Below, in pieces: positions 45,807 to 54,699 of a stretch of 64,000 bases of DNA (positions are counted from its first letter, which is position 1; each line of letters begins with the position of its first letter). A program made the translations under genes and the position numbers. The notes under the pieces were generated by a model, which saw nothing but the letters and a program-made list of their open reading frames with translations, ran no database searches and was not told the DNA's origin. Source of the stretch: Bdellovibrionales bacterium (GTDB taxonomy: Bacteria > Pseudomonadota > Alphaproteobacteria > UBA9219). Where the stretch lies: the NCBI GenBank assembly GCA_041649025.1, contig JBAZNY010000002.1, forward strand, positions 70,694 through 134,693, in the 5' to 3' direction.

Positions 45807-47540
45807 TCATATCGAAAGCATATAGGGCACACGAATCTCGAACTTTGTTCCGAGGTTTAGCTCGGAAAAGACCTCCAGAGTGCCGTTAAGATTGTCGACC
45901 TCGCGCTTGACGACGTTCATGCCGACTCCGCGACCGGATAGTTCCGAGACGTTTTCGCGCGTCGAAACGCCAAACGTAAATACGTTTTGGATGATGGCGT
46001 GATCATCCAGATCGTTCCATGGCTTCCCCGGCTCCATTTGCATAAGTTTTTCGCGAACGCGCGCAGGATCAATGCCGCCGCCGTCGTCGGAAATGGTTAT
46101 GGTGAGCCATTGTTTTTCGGTCTCTTTGTCCTGAACAACGTTCGTTTCAACCGAAACAAGCCCCGCAGGGTCTTTTCCCCGCGCAAGACGCGTCACCGTC
46201 GGTTCGATGCCGTGATCGATGATGTTGCGGCAAACGTGGGTCAAAGAAAAAAGCAACGACTGATATTCCCGCATTAGGATCGGCGGATTCGATCCGGAAT
46301 AACGAACGGGTTTTATTTGCTTGCCCGTAATCTCGGCGAGGTCGAGCAGTTCGCGTTCAAACTGGCGGAAACAATCCTGAATGGGAACCGCCACGATAAA
46401 CCGTAAATAATGATCGATGACGTCATGACCAATTCCCGATACGCTCATGACAAGCGCAAAATTATATAAAGCGCTTTCTTCGATTTCACGCGTATTGCCG
46501 CGCCGTTCGTAATCCTGCCCGATAAGGTCTTTGATGCCGTCAAGCACGGCGGTTAGTTCTTTATCGACGCAAAGGCGTCCCGCTTCCAAAACCTTATTGA
46601 ATTCTTCATCGGAGTCTATCGCTTCGCTGCGCAACTCGGACTCCAACCCATGCACCGTGTCGGCGAGATTTTTGAGATGAAAGTGTTTGACGGCCGCTTT
46701 CAGCGTATGAAGAAGCCGCAACAACGGCGTCGAGTCTTTGCGGGTAATGGACGCCGCCGCCTGCTCCAAAAACGTCCGCACATGGGTGATTGTCGCGAGG
46801 AACTGGTTGCGCTCGCGGAAGATGCGGCAAATCATGTCGGCATATTCCTGCCGCTGCTTGGCAAGCTCTTGCGCTTCGTATTCTTCCGTCACGTCGGTCG
46901 CGATCAAAACGACGCGCATCAGCGCATGCCCTTTCGCATAAATCGGCTTGTAGACAAGATTGACCCGCCGTTTTTTCGGATGGGGGAAAAGCTGCGGTAA
47001 AAAATTGATGACGTCGGGAAATCCAAGCGCGTGATCCGGCATAAACAATATCTCTAGCCATCCCTTGAAATCGGCGCGCGCTTCTTCGGAAACCCGCAGG
47101 ACATCCAAGATATCCTTGCCGCCAGGATCCGTTCCCAATAACTCAAGGCAAGCCTGGGAATAGACTTTGTCGCATATGCCGTCCCGCCCGAAAGACAGGA
47201 AGCCCTGCCCCAAGCTGTTGACAAGAACCTCGTTCAGGCGGTCATGATCGCTGACGAGCTTATACACGGCGTAGTTAAGGTAAGAGAGATAACTTATGCC
47301 CCCAAACGTTGCGGCCAATATGACAAAAAAACTATTTTTGTGCGTCACAGGCTCATATCCGAAAACAGGCAAGGCGACGGCGAAAAGCAGGATCAAGATG
47401 ATCGCCACCATTCCCGCTAACGACGTGTGCAAAAGGCTAAAACGGCGCGCCGCTTCGGTTACGACAGATTTCCCGTCTGCAGGTACCGGCTGCGCCGCCA
47501 TATCAGGCAGAATCTTGAGCCTATCCTTTGAATCAAACAT
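45807..47540 (-). CDS. membrane-anchored CheA-like histidine kinase (Hpt plus HATPase_c, no CheW-like domain recognised)
   Basis: N-terminal TM helices. Hpt-like LLHTLKAAVKHF. ATPase boxes NIIDHGIE, ISDDGGGID and GRGVGMNVVKREVDNLNGTLEV. Confidence 0.65.
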   Translation of the reverse strand: MFDSKDRLKILPDMAAQPVPADGKSVVTEAARRFSLLHTSLAGMVAIILILLFAVALPVFGYEPVTHKNSFFVILAATFGGISYLSYLNYAVYKLVSDHDRLNEVLVNSLGQGFLSFGRDGICDKVYSQACLELLGTDPGGKDILDVLRVSEEARADFKGWLEILFMPDHALGFPDVINFLPQLFPHPKKRRVNLVYKPIYAKGHALMRVVLIATDVTEEYEAQELAKQRQEYADMICRIFRERNQFLATITHVRTFLEQAAASITRKDSTPLLRLLHTLKAAVKHFHLKNLADTVHGLESELRSEAIDSDEEFNKVLEAGRLCVDKELTAVLDGIKDLIGQDYERRGNTREIEESALYNFALVMSVSGIGHDVIDHYLRFIVAVPIQDCFRQFERELLDLAEITGKQIKPVRYSGSNPPILMREYQSLLFSLTHVCRNIIDHGIEPTVTRLARGKDPAGLVSVETNVVQDKETEKQWLTITISDDGGGIDPARVREKLMQMEPGKPWNDLDDHAIIQNVFTFGVSTRENVSELSGRGVGMNVVKREVDNLNGTLEVFSELNLGTKFEIRVPYMLSI

Positions 47541-47576
47541 ATAAAAAATCTTTCAATCTGAAAGCCTCGACGATTC

Positions 47577-48086
47577 TCATCCCAATTCATGAGAGTCATG
47601 CAAGGCGACATAAACTTGGAACAATTTCCCATCAAGATGGAAGGGAACGATCATGTATTTGCCGCGATGAAACTGACAGACAAAATGCCCCTTGCCAGTC
47701 ACAACACAGGGAATACCAAGCTTGATCTGGTGTTTTCTTTGGTTCAGCTCGTTTTTGACTTGTCCAAAGATCATGTTCGTCAATTCGCCGACGGCATCGA
47801 TGGTCATTTCCTGCGTGACGGTAATGGACTTCCCCAGCACCTGCGGCAAAATGTCGCGTAACGTTTCGGACGTCATGCACAGAATCAACGTCCCGTCCAA
47901 TTGCGACTGAACCAAACCGATAAGGCCGGAAATATCGCCGACGAGCGACACCATGCCTTCGCCAAATTCGGGCTTTCCTGCAACAACGGTGCAGCTGAAC
48001 ATCTCGCTCATCGAACGAATGACGGCTTTAGTAATGTCTTTGGCTAAGACGTCATCGAGAGAAATGGGTGTTTGCTCATCGGACAT
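47577..48086 (-). CDS. CheX/CheC-like chemotaxis phosphatase family protein
   Basis: ISGLIGL...GTLILCM...DAVGELTNMIFGQVKNEL resembles CheX. Confidence 0.6.
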   Translation of the reverse strand: MSDEQTPISLDDVLAKDITKAVIRSMSEMFSCTVVAGKPEFGEGMVSLVGDISGLIGLVQSQLDGTLILCMTSETLRDILPQVLGKSITVTQEMTIDAVGELTNMIFGQVKNELNQRKHQIKLGIPCVVTGKGHFVCQFHRGKYMIVPFHLDGKLFQVYVALHDSHELG

Positions 48087-48098
48087 GGGAAACTCCTT

Positions 48099-48587
48099 TT
48101 AATTAAAAATTCCGCTCGAAACCTGACGCTTACGTTTGAGCCATTCGTTGATTTCAAAAAGCTTCTTACCCAAATCCGAAGGAGAAACGGGCTTGACAAT
48201 ATATGAGGTCGCTCCGGCCTTAATGGCCTTCATAATGTTCTGTTGTTCCGATTCCGCCGTCAGCATAACGAAGGCGGTATCCGAATATTCGGGTTTAGCC
48301 CGAAAATAACTCAGCACCTCCAATCCCGAAATCGTGGGCATATTCCAATCAAGGAAAACAATGTCAAAGGGTTGCCCTGCGAGCTTCGACTTCTGGACGA
48401 GATCTATTGTCTCGTTACCGTCCGCCGCCGTTTGCACGTTTTCAATCTTCGACTCTTTCAAAGTGTTGCGAACAAACTGCCGTATTAAAAAATGGTCATC
48501 GGCAATAAGCACGTTCAGACTAGCCAGTTGACTCACGTTTGTTCTCCTCAACAGGTATGGATCGTTTTCGATCCCCCGCTCGTTCAC
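48099..48587 (-). CDS. single-domain CheY-like response regulator
   Basis: VLIADDHFLIR, DIVFLDWNMPTISGLEV, MLTAES and YIVKP. Confidence 0.85.
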   Translation of the reverse strand: MNERGIENDPYLLRRTNVSQLASLNVLIADDHFLIRQFVRNTLKESKIENVQTAADGNETIDLVQKSKLAGQPFDIVFLDWNMPTISGLEVLSYFRAKPEYSDTAFVMLTAESEQQNIMKAIKAGATSYIVKPVSPSDLGKKLFEINEWLKRKRQVSSGIFN

Positions 48588-48973
48588 GAAAAGGGCGTAG
48601 CTAAAGGGACGGGGATTCTCGAAGATAAAGCCGTTGATTCATGCCATAAAAACCTTGCTGCATGGTTAAGAGCCGGAAAGCATAAAGGCTTGGAAAGACG
48701 TTTCAAACATTAGACAACGCCTTGATATGTATAAAAGAATAGAGCCAATTGGAAGCCGCCGCGAGTCTCCTAAAGGACGCACTAAACGCTAAAATCGATA
48801 AACCTTAGGCTTGGCTGTTTGTCTTCGAAACGTGCGGGGGGGGAGTTGGAATATATCAGTTAACACAAAGTCCTGACGCACGTTTTTCGAGTCTTGAGAC
48901 GGTTAATCTTGAGTTAATTCTTCCCATTCCTTTATAATCGTCCCTTGCGTGATTCGAGCGTCAGGGAAACGTT

Positions 48974-49585
48974 ATGACTTTCGTTTTAAGGGTAATTTTG
49001 CTCGCTGTTTTTGCGGTTGCGGCTTCCTCCGGAGCGCACGCCGAAGGCGATTTTATGTCCGAGCGCTCTTTGGGCAAAAAAGAGGCGCCGATCAGGGTTG
49101 ACGAATATACGTCAATGACGTGCATTCATTGCGCCGATTTTACCCTCACTATCTTACCGGAACTTGAAAAACGCTATATCGATACTGGTAAAGTGCTTTT
49201 CGTGATGCACGATTTTCCTCTCAGCGCCTTCAGCCTCAAAGCCGCCGTCGTCGCGCGGTGCATGCCTAAAGATACTTATCTTCCTTTTATCAAGGTTCTT
49301 TACGGAGCTTTGAGAGAAGGAAAACTTAACGAGGGCACTTCCGAAGATATGTTGTACCAATACGCCGCGCTGGGCGGTTTAGCCGCCGATAGAGCCAAAG
49401 CCTGCGCTAACGACCCTGCGTTGCAAAATGAAATTATCGCAGGACGCACGGAAGCCACGGCAAAATATAACATTCAAGCGACGCCGACTTTCGTGATCAA
49501 CAACGGCGTAGAGACAATCAACGGCGCCGTGAACGCGGATTCTTTTTCCGCCGTATTCGACCGTTTGCTCGCGGCCAAGAAGTGA
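48974..49585 (+). CDS. DsbA-family thiol:disulfide oxidoreductase (secreted)
   Basis: Signal peptide, CIHC (CxxC) active site, and the thioredoxin-fold C-terminal region QATPTFVINNG. Confidence 0.8.
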   Translation: MTFVLRVILLAVFAVAASSGAHAEGDFMSERSLGKKEAPIRVDEYTSMTCIHCADFTLTILPELEKRYIDTGKVLFVMHDFPLSAFSLKAAVVARCMPKDTYLPFIKVLYGALREGKLNEGTSEDMLYQYAALGGLAADRAKACANDPALQNEIIAGRTEATAKYNIQATPTFVINNGVETINGAVNADSFSAVFDRLLAAKK

Positions 49586-49630
49586 AATGTTTTCTTGGTT
49601 CGCCGTTCGGCGGCCTTAGAAAACATTTCA
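49583..49630 (+). terminator. long hairpin overlapping the dsbA-like stop codon (possible terminator or regulatory stem)
   Basis: tgaaatgttttct ... agaaaacatttca are 13-bp arms enclosing an inner cgccg-tt-cggcg stem. No clear T-tract follows. Confidence 0.35.
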
Positions 49631-49679
49631 TCCCTGTGAAAACGGGGATCCATACCATAGAAAAGGATAGAGGTTTGTT

Positions 49680-52600
49680 GTGAATTTTACTCGTTTACGT
49701 CTTCAGGGTTTTAAGTCTTTTGTCGAACAGACCGATCTTCATATCGGCGCCGGCATGACGGGCATTGTCGGGCCGAACGGCTGCGGCAAATCGAACCTCG
49801 TCGAGGCCTTACGCTGGGTCATGGGCGAAAACTCCGCCAAAAATCTGCGCGGCGGCGAAATGGACGACGTTATTTTCGGCGGCACCGCCATGCGTCCCTC
49901 GCGCAACGTGGCCGAAGTCACGCTCGAGCTCGACAACGCCAATCACAGCGCCACGGCCGAGTTCAATAACGATGAGACGTTGCATGTCACGCGCAAAATC
50001 GAACGTGGGGAAGGTTCCGATTACAGGGTCAACGGAAAGCCCGTGCGCCGCCGCGACGTGCAGCTCTTGTTTGCCGATCAATCGACAGGGTCGCATTCGA
50101 CCAATCTCGTCGGACAAGGACAAATCGACGCGCTGATCCGCGCCAAACCGCAGGACCGCCGCCAAATTCTGGAGGAAGCCGCCGGAACTTCGGGTCTTCA
50201 GGCGCGCCGGCATGAGGCCGAACTAAAGCTCAATGCCGCCGAGCAAAACCTGACCCGCGTCGACGACGTTCTGCAAGCTTATGACGCGCAGTTGCGCGGC
50301 CTTAAAACCCAGGTGCGCCAAGCTTCCCGTTATCGGAATCTTGCCGACCATATCCGCAGAACCGAAGCCGCTCTTCTTCATTTGCGCTGGCTTGAAGCCG
50401 GACAAAACGACGCGACGGCGAAGGCCGCCCTGCAAGCCGCAGAAGCCCGTGTGAGCGAATTGCTGGCTGTCGTGACGCAGGATAACGCCGCGCGCGCCGA
50501 AATCGCCGCCGAACTGCCTCCCATGCGCCAGGCGGAAGCCGTTGCCGCCGCCATCGTGCAAAAACTGACTCTTGCCCGCGAACAAATCGACGCCGAATTG
50601 AAACGCGTCGCCTTTGAAACGCGCGAACAGGAACAAAGGCTGGAACAGGCTAAGGGCGACCGCGACCGCGAACACGCCCGAAGCAAGGATAGCGAAGCCG
50701 CCATCGTCAAATTGCAGGAAGAAGCCGCTCAACTGGTGAAAACGCAGGCTTCACTCGACGAGGAAATTCCCCGCGCTTCCGAAGCTTTGGTCGCCATCTC
50801 TCAGGAAGTCGAAGCGATGGATATCGCGTTCAACAAGCTGATGCAGGAAACGGCGAATGCGGCAGCTCATAAAAACGCGCTGCAAAAAGAAACGGATTCT
50901 CTTGGGACAAGACGCGCGCAGATGATCCAAAGATGCGATCAGCTCAAGGCGCAGTACGCCTCTTTGAAGGCGGAAGCCGCCGCACGTCCCGATCTTGCCA
51001 TGGCGGCCTCTCTCGTCGAAGCGACCGAGACCGAGCTGGCCAAGCGCCAGGAACAGGCTCACACGGCGGAAGGCTATTATCGTGACGCGGAAGTCTTGCA
51101 AAATCAGGCTCGTGAGCTTGCTCAAAACGCGCAGGATGAAGTAACGAAGCTTCAGGCCGAGAGCGACGCCTTGACCTCTCTCTTGCAAACGCATGACGAC
51201 AACAACGAGCAAGTCATCGACTTAATCTCGGTAACACCGGGTCTGGAAAACGCTTTGGCCGTCGCCGTCGGCGAAGCTTTGACGGCAGCGCTCGACCCCT
51301 CTGCCGCCAAGCACTGGCGCGACGTGGGGCCTTTGGTCAACGCGCCTGCGTTGCCCATCGGCGTGATGTCCCTTGCGCAATACGTGAAGGCGCCCCCTGC
51401 CCTCGCCCGCTGCCTTTCGCAAATCGGCTTGGTCGAAAATGCGGCGGCGGGAGAAGCCGTCGCGCATACGCTCAGAGCCGGACAAATTCTCGTCAGCCGC
51501 GACGGGTGGGCTTGGCGTTGGGACGGCTTTACGCTGACGCCGGAAGCCAAAACGGCAACCGCTTTGCGCCTTCAACAACGCAACCGCGTCGAGGCGTTGC
51601 AGGAGCTTATCGAGAAAGCCGCAGCGGAAGCGCAGATAGCGCAGGGCACGCTGACCGACTCCAGCGCCTTTTTGGCGCAGCGCCAAAACGAAGACCTTCA
51701 GGCGCGCGAAGCCTTGCGCGCCGCCTTTGCCGCGTTGAACGATGCGCGTTCGACTTACGCCGAACAGGAAAAAGAAGTGGTCGGAATTACGTCGAAGATT
51801 TCCGCTTTGGACGACACTTTGCATCAAGTCGACGCGGATATCGGCCTTCTTGAGGCGCGTAAAGCAGAAGTCGAACAAGAACAAAAGGCATTGCCGGACC
51901 TTGACGCGGCGCGCATGACGATCAGCGAGAAACGCGCCGTCCTTGCGGATCAGCGCAACCAACAGGCCATGTGCCAAAGCGAATGCGACCGCCTGTCGCG
52001 CGAGATGGAAGCAAGTTTATCCCGCGCCAAGGCTGTCACGACGGAAATCGAGGAGTGGCAGGCGCGCCTTGAAAACGCCAACCAGCAAATCGGCGATCTG
52101 ACGTCGCGCATCGCCGACATTGACGCCCGCTTGGAAAATCTGCGCGGACGCCCTGCCGAATTGGAAACGTCGCGCGGAACTCTTTTGACCGAGCTTTCCG
52201 ACGCCGAGGCCAAACGCAAGGAAGCCGCCGATCTTTTGATCTCAACGGAACAAAATTTGAGCGGCGTCGAACAGCGCTTGAAGCACGATGAAAACGCGTT
52301 GACCGAAGCGCGCGAGTCCCGCGTCCGCGCCGAGGGCGCCGTGCAGGCTTCGGCGGAACACTTCAATACGTTGCGCGAACGCATGACGGAAAAGCTGAGC
52401 TGCGGCCCGGAAGAACTTCCGGCTCTTGCCGAATTTTCAGAAAGTCAGCCGTTGCCCGTTGTGGCCGATCTGGAACAAACGCTTTCCCGCTATATTCACG
52501 AGCGCGACAATATGGGCCCCGTCAATCTGCGCGCCGACACGGAAAGCCAGATGCTGCAAAACCAGATCGATACGCTCACCAAGGAAAGAAACGATCTGGT

Positions 52601-53174
52601 CGCCGCCATCGCCAAACTGCGGCAGGGAATTACGCATCTCAACACCGAAGCCCGCGATCGCCTGATCGGCGCGTTTACGAGCGTCAACGAGCATTTCCAG
52701 GAATTGTTCAAGGGCCTGTTCAACGGCGGCCGCGCTTACCTGGAGCTTATCGACAACGAAGACCCGATGAACGCCGGACTTGAGATTTTTGCGGCTCCTC
52801 CCGGCAAGAAGATGCAGGCTTTGTCTCTGTTGTCCGGCGGCGAACGCACGCTCACGGCGCTCGCGCTTTTGTTCGCCGTTTTCCAGACGCATCCCTCGCC
52901 CATCTGCGTCCTCGACGAAGCCGAGGCCGCGCTCGACGAAAGCAACATCGACCGCTTCTGCGGACTGGTTGAGAGAATTTCCAAGGAAACGGGGTCGCGC
53001 TTTATCATCATCACGCATCAACGCGTCACCATGGCGCGCATGGATCGCCTGTACGGCGTCACGATGGGCGAAAAAGGAGTCTCGCAGCTGGTTTCGGTCG
53101 ATCTGGATTCCGCCGTGGCCATCCGCGACGGCAGCAAGGCCGAAGAAGCGTTGCGCGGAGTCAGGGCGGCTTAA
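49680..53174 (+). CDS. smc: chromosome segregation protein SMC
   Basis: GTG start. Walker A GPNGCGKSN, long coiled coils, signature LSGGERTLTALALLFA and Walker B VLDEAEAALD. Confidence 0.95.
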   Translation: MNFTRLRLQGFKSFVEQTDLHIGAGMTGIVGPNGCGKSNLVEALRWVMGENSAKNLRGGEMDDVIFGGTAMRPSRNVAEVTLELDNANHSATAEFNNDETLHVTRKIERGEGSDYRVNGKPVRRRDVQLLFADQSTGSHSTNLVGQGQIDALIRAKPQDRRQILEEAAGTSGLQARRHEAELKLNAAEQNLTRVDDVLQAYDAQLRGLKTQVRQASRYRNLADHIRRTEAALLHLRWLEAGQNDATAKAALQAAEARVSELLAVVTQDNAARAEIAAELPPMRQAEAVAAAIVQKLTLAREQIDAELKRVAFETREQEQRLEQAKGDRDREHARSKDSEAAIVKLQEEAAQLVKTQASLDEEIPRASEALVAISQEVEAMDIAFNKLMQETANAAAHKNALQKETDSLGTRRAQMIQRCDQLKAQYASLKAEAAARPDLAMAASLVEATETELAKRQEQAHTAEGYYRDAEVLQNQARELAQNAQDEVTKLQAESDALTSLLQTHDDNNEQVIDLISVTPGLENALAVAVGEALTAALDPSAAKHWRDVGPLVNAPALPIGVMSLAQYVKAPPALARCLSQIGLVENAAAGEAVAHTLRAGQILVSRDGWAWRWDGFTLTPEAKTATALRLQQRNRVEALQELIEKAAAEAQIAQGTLTDSSAFLAQRQNEDLQAREALRAAFAALNDARSTYAEQEKEVVGITSKISALDDTLHQVDADIGLLEARKAEVEQEQKALPDLDAARMTISEKRAVLADQRNQQAMCQSECDRLSREMEASLSRAKAVTTEIEEWQARLENANQQIGDLTSRIADIDARLENLRGRPAELETSRGTLLTELSDAEAKRKEAADLLISTEQNLSGVEQRLKHDENALTEARESRVRAEGAVQASAEHFNTLRERMTEKLSCGPEELPALAEFSESQPLPVVADLEQTLSRYIHERDNMGPVNLRADTESQMLQNQIDTLTKERNDLVAAIAKLRQGITHLNTEARDRLIGAFTSVNEHFQELFKGLFNGGRAYLELIDNEDPMNAGLEIFAAPPGKKMQALSLLSGGERTLTALALLFAVFQTHPSPICVLDEAEAALDESNIDRFCGLVERISKETGSRFIIITHQRVTMARMDRLYGVTMGEKGVSQLVSVDLDSAVAIRDGSKAEEALRGVRAA

Positions 53175-53175
53175 G

Positions 53176-53976
53176 TCAGCGCGGCGCCGTTGCCGGAGAA
53201 ATGCCGGATTGAGGAACGGGGCCCCGAACGATGAACGCGGTGATATCTTCCCATTTTATCGATAAATCCTCATCGTCGGGCGTCTCCGGCTTCAGGTGAT
53301 CGGCCAGATCAAGCCTGAGCCCCAAGGCGTGCATGCCGAAGCTTCTGGCCTTGTCCCGATATTCCTTTTTGTTTTCAAGGACGAGGAAGTTTTCGCGCTT
53401 GAGGGGCGGCAAGTTATTGGCGAGGCGCTCTTTGTTTATTTCATTGAAAATATCATCATACGCATTCCCGTCTTTGCGCTTGCCGAGAACAACGTCTTTC
53501 CGCTTGCCGGAAACGGGGTCTTTGTTCCAGAGCGCCGTGCCGATTTCGGATTTAATACGGTCAAGTTGCATGTCGGCGAGCTCTCCGGTCGCATGCGTCA
53601 CAACGATGAACCTGACTCCGAAGCGGGTCAGCATGTCGATGGCATCGGCTTCGCCTTCCAGAAACTGTGCCGCATAGAAGTGCTTCAGATAATATTTATT
53701 GATTTGTTCCCGAACCACTTCCCATTTAGGAAGTTTTTTCGATGTCGGCGCGTTTGCCTGAAGTTTTTTGTAAACCGCCTCATCGCCGATGCCGATGAGT
53801 TGCGATTTCCACAATTTTCTGAATCCCTCTTCCGTGTATCCGGCTCGAAGGGCTATGCGCTCCCACTTTTCATAATGGAGCTGTTCCGTATTGACGAGCT
53901 GCCCTTCGATGCCGACGATAATAACGCGGATGTCGAGCGGCGAGCCGTCGTCGTTTTGAAAAGGTGTTGTCATCAT
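53176..53976 (-). CDS. hypothetical protein
   Basis: 266 aa ORF with coding-like composition and no confident motif. It is convergent with smc. Confidence 0.45.
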   Translation of the reverse strand: MMTTPFQNDDGSPLDIRVIIVGIEGQLVNTEQLHYEKWERIALRAGYTEEGFRKLWKSQLIGIGDEAVYKKLQANAPTSKKLPKWEVVREQINKYYLKHFYAAQFLEGEADAIDMLTRFGVRFIVVTHATGELADMQLDRIKSEIGTALWNKDPVSGKRKDVVLGKRKDGNAYDDIFNEINKERLANNLPPLKRENFLVLENKKEYRDKARSFGMHALGLRLDLADHLKPETPDDEDLSIKWEDITAFIVRGPVPQSGISPATAPR

Positions 53977-54460
53977 TTCTCATCCAGAATGGGACGAAGT
54001 TTATCACTCTGCCAAGTCGCGCCGCAACAGAGCCGATTAGTTCCAAAGGACGGAAACGGAAGTATATGTATCTTATTGAAAAGAATGTTCTTTTAAGTCA
54101 TTTGTCGATCCTTTAAAAAATTACTTCATAAAAAACTTCTTTAAAAATAGGTGGCGCGCGCCCCCTTCTTGCGGGTGATAATCGCAAGCCGGCAGCTGAC
54201 TACCATTCCAGTCCTTCTCCGTTTTTTTCCCACATCTGCTAGCCGAGTGGGCACGAAGTCAAACCGGATGCACCTTTCTTAAGGGTGCAAAGCCAATATA
54301 ATACAGGTCAAACGGAATGTCAAGGGATGTATCACATTAAATAAGGATATTTCTGTTAACCAACGAAGGGGTTGAAAGGATGTGATGTTTCCTTTGTATG
54401 GGAGGGGACGAAGGTGTTGAGGTGGGGAATGCAGCGTTATTGCAATGGTCGTTGTCCTTT

Positions 54461-54692
54461 TGCCGCGCGGACGCGCGGCGCTGGATTCCCGCTTTCGCGG
54501 GAACGACGAAGAAGATAAGGCGCGTTCAGGAATGACGAAAAAAAGAAAACAAATGGGGTCCCCGCCTTCCGGCTTCGCTAAGGCTACGCCGGACAAGTCG
54601 CGGGGATGACGAAGAAGAAAGAAAACAAAATCGGATTCCGCATAAATTCGCATTTTGCGATTTGCAAAAAGCGAATTTTGCGGAATGACAAA
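54461..54692. repeat. cluster of palindromic units of the ggattcc...ggaatgacgaa family
   Basis: ttgccgcgcggacgcgcggcgctggattcccgctttcgcgggaacgacga and ggattccgcataaattcgcattttgcga...gcaaaaagcgaattttgcggaatgac. Near-identical copies lie at 62639-62825. Confidence 0.85.
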
Positions 54693-54699
54693 AGTAAGA

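Noticed and set aside
50223-53021. Multiple 100-250 aa ORFs on both strands inside smc.
   Set aside because: SMC is continuous with Walker A, signature and Walker B motifs. The overlapping ORFs are repetitive Arg/Ala-rich shadows of the coiled-coil region.
54150-54290. A candidate SRP RNA, tmRNA or RNase P RNA.
   Set aside because: I could not find the conserved SRP domain IV motif, a tmRNA tag/acceptor-like 3' end, or RNase P conserved regions on either strand. It is left as unexplained non-coding sequence.
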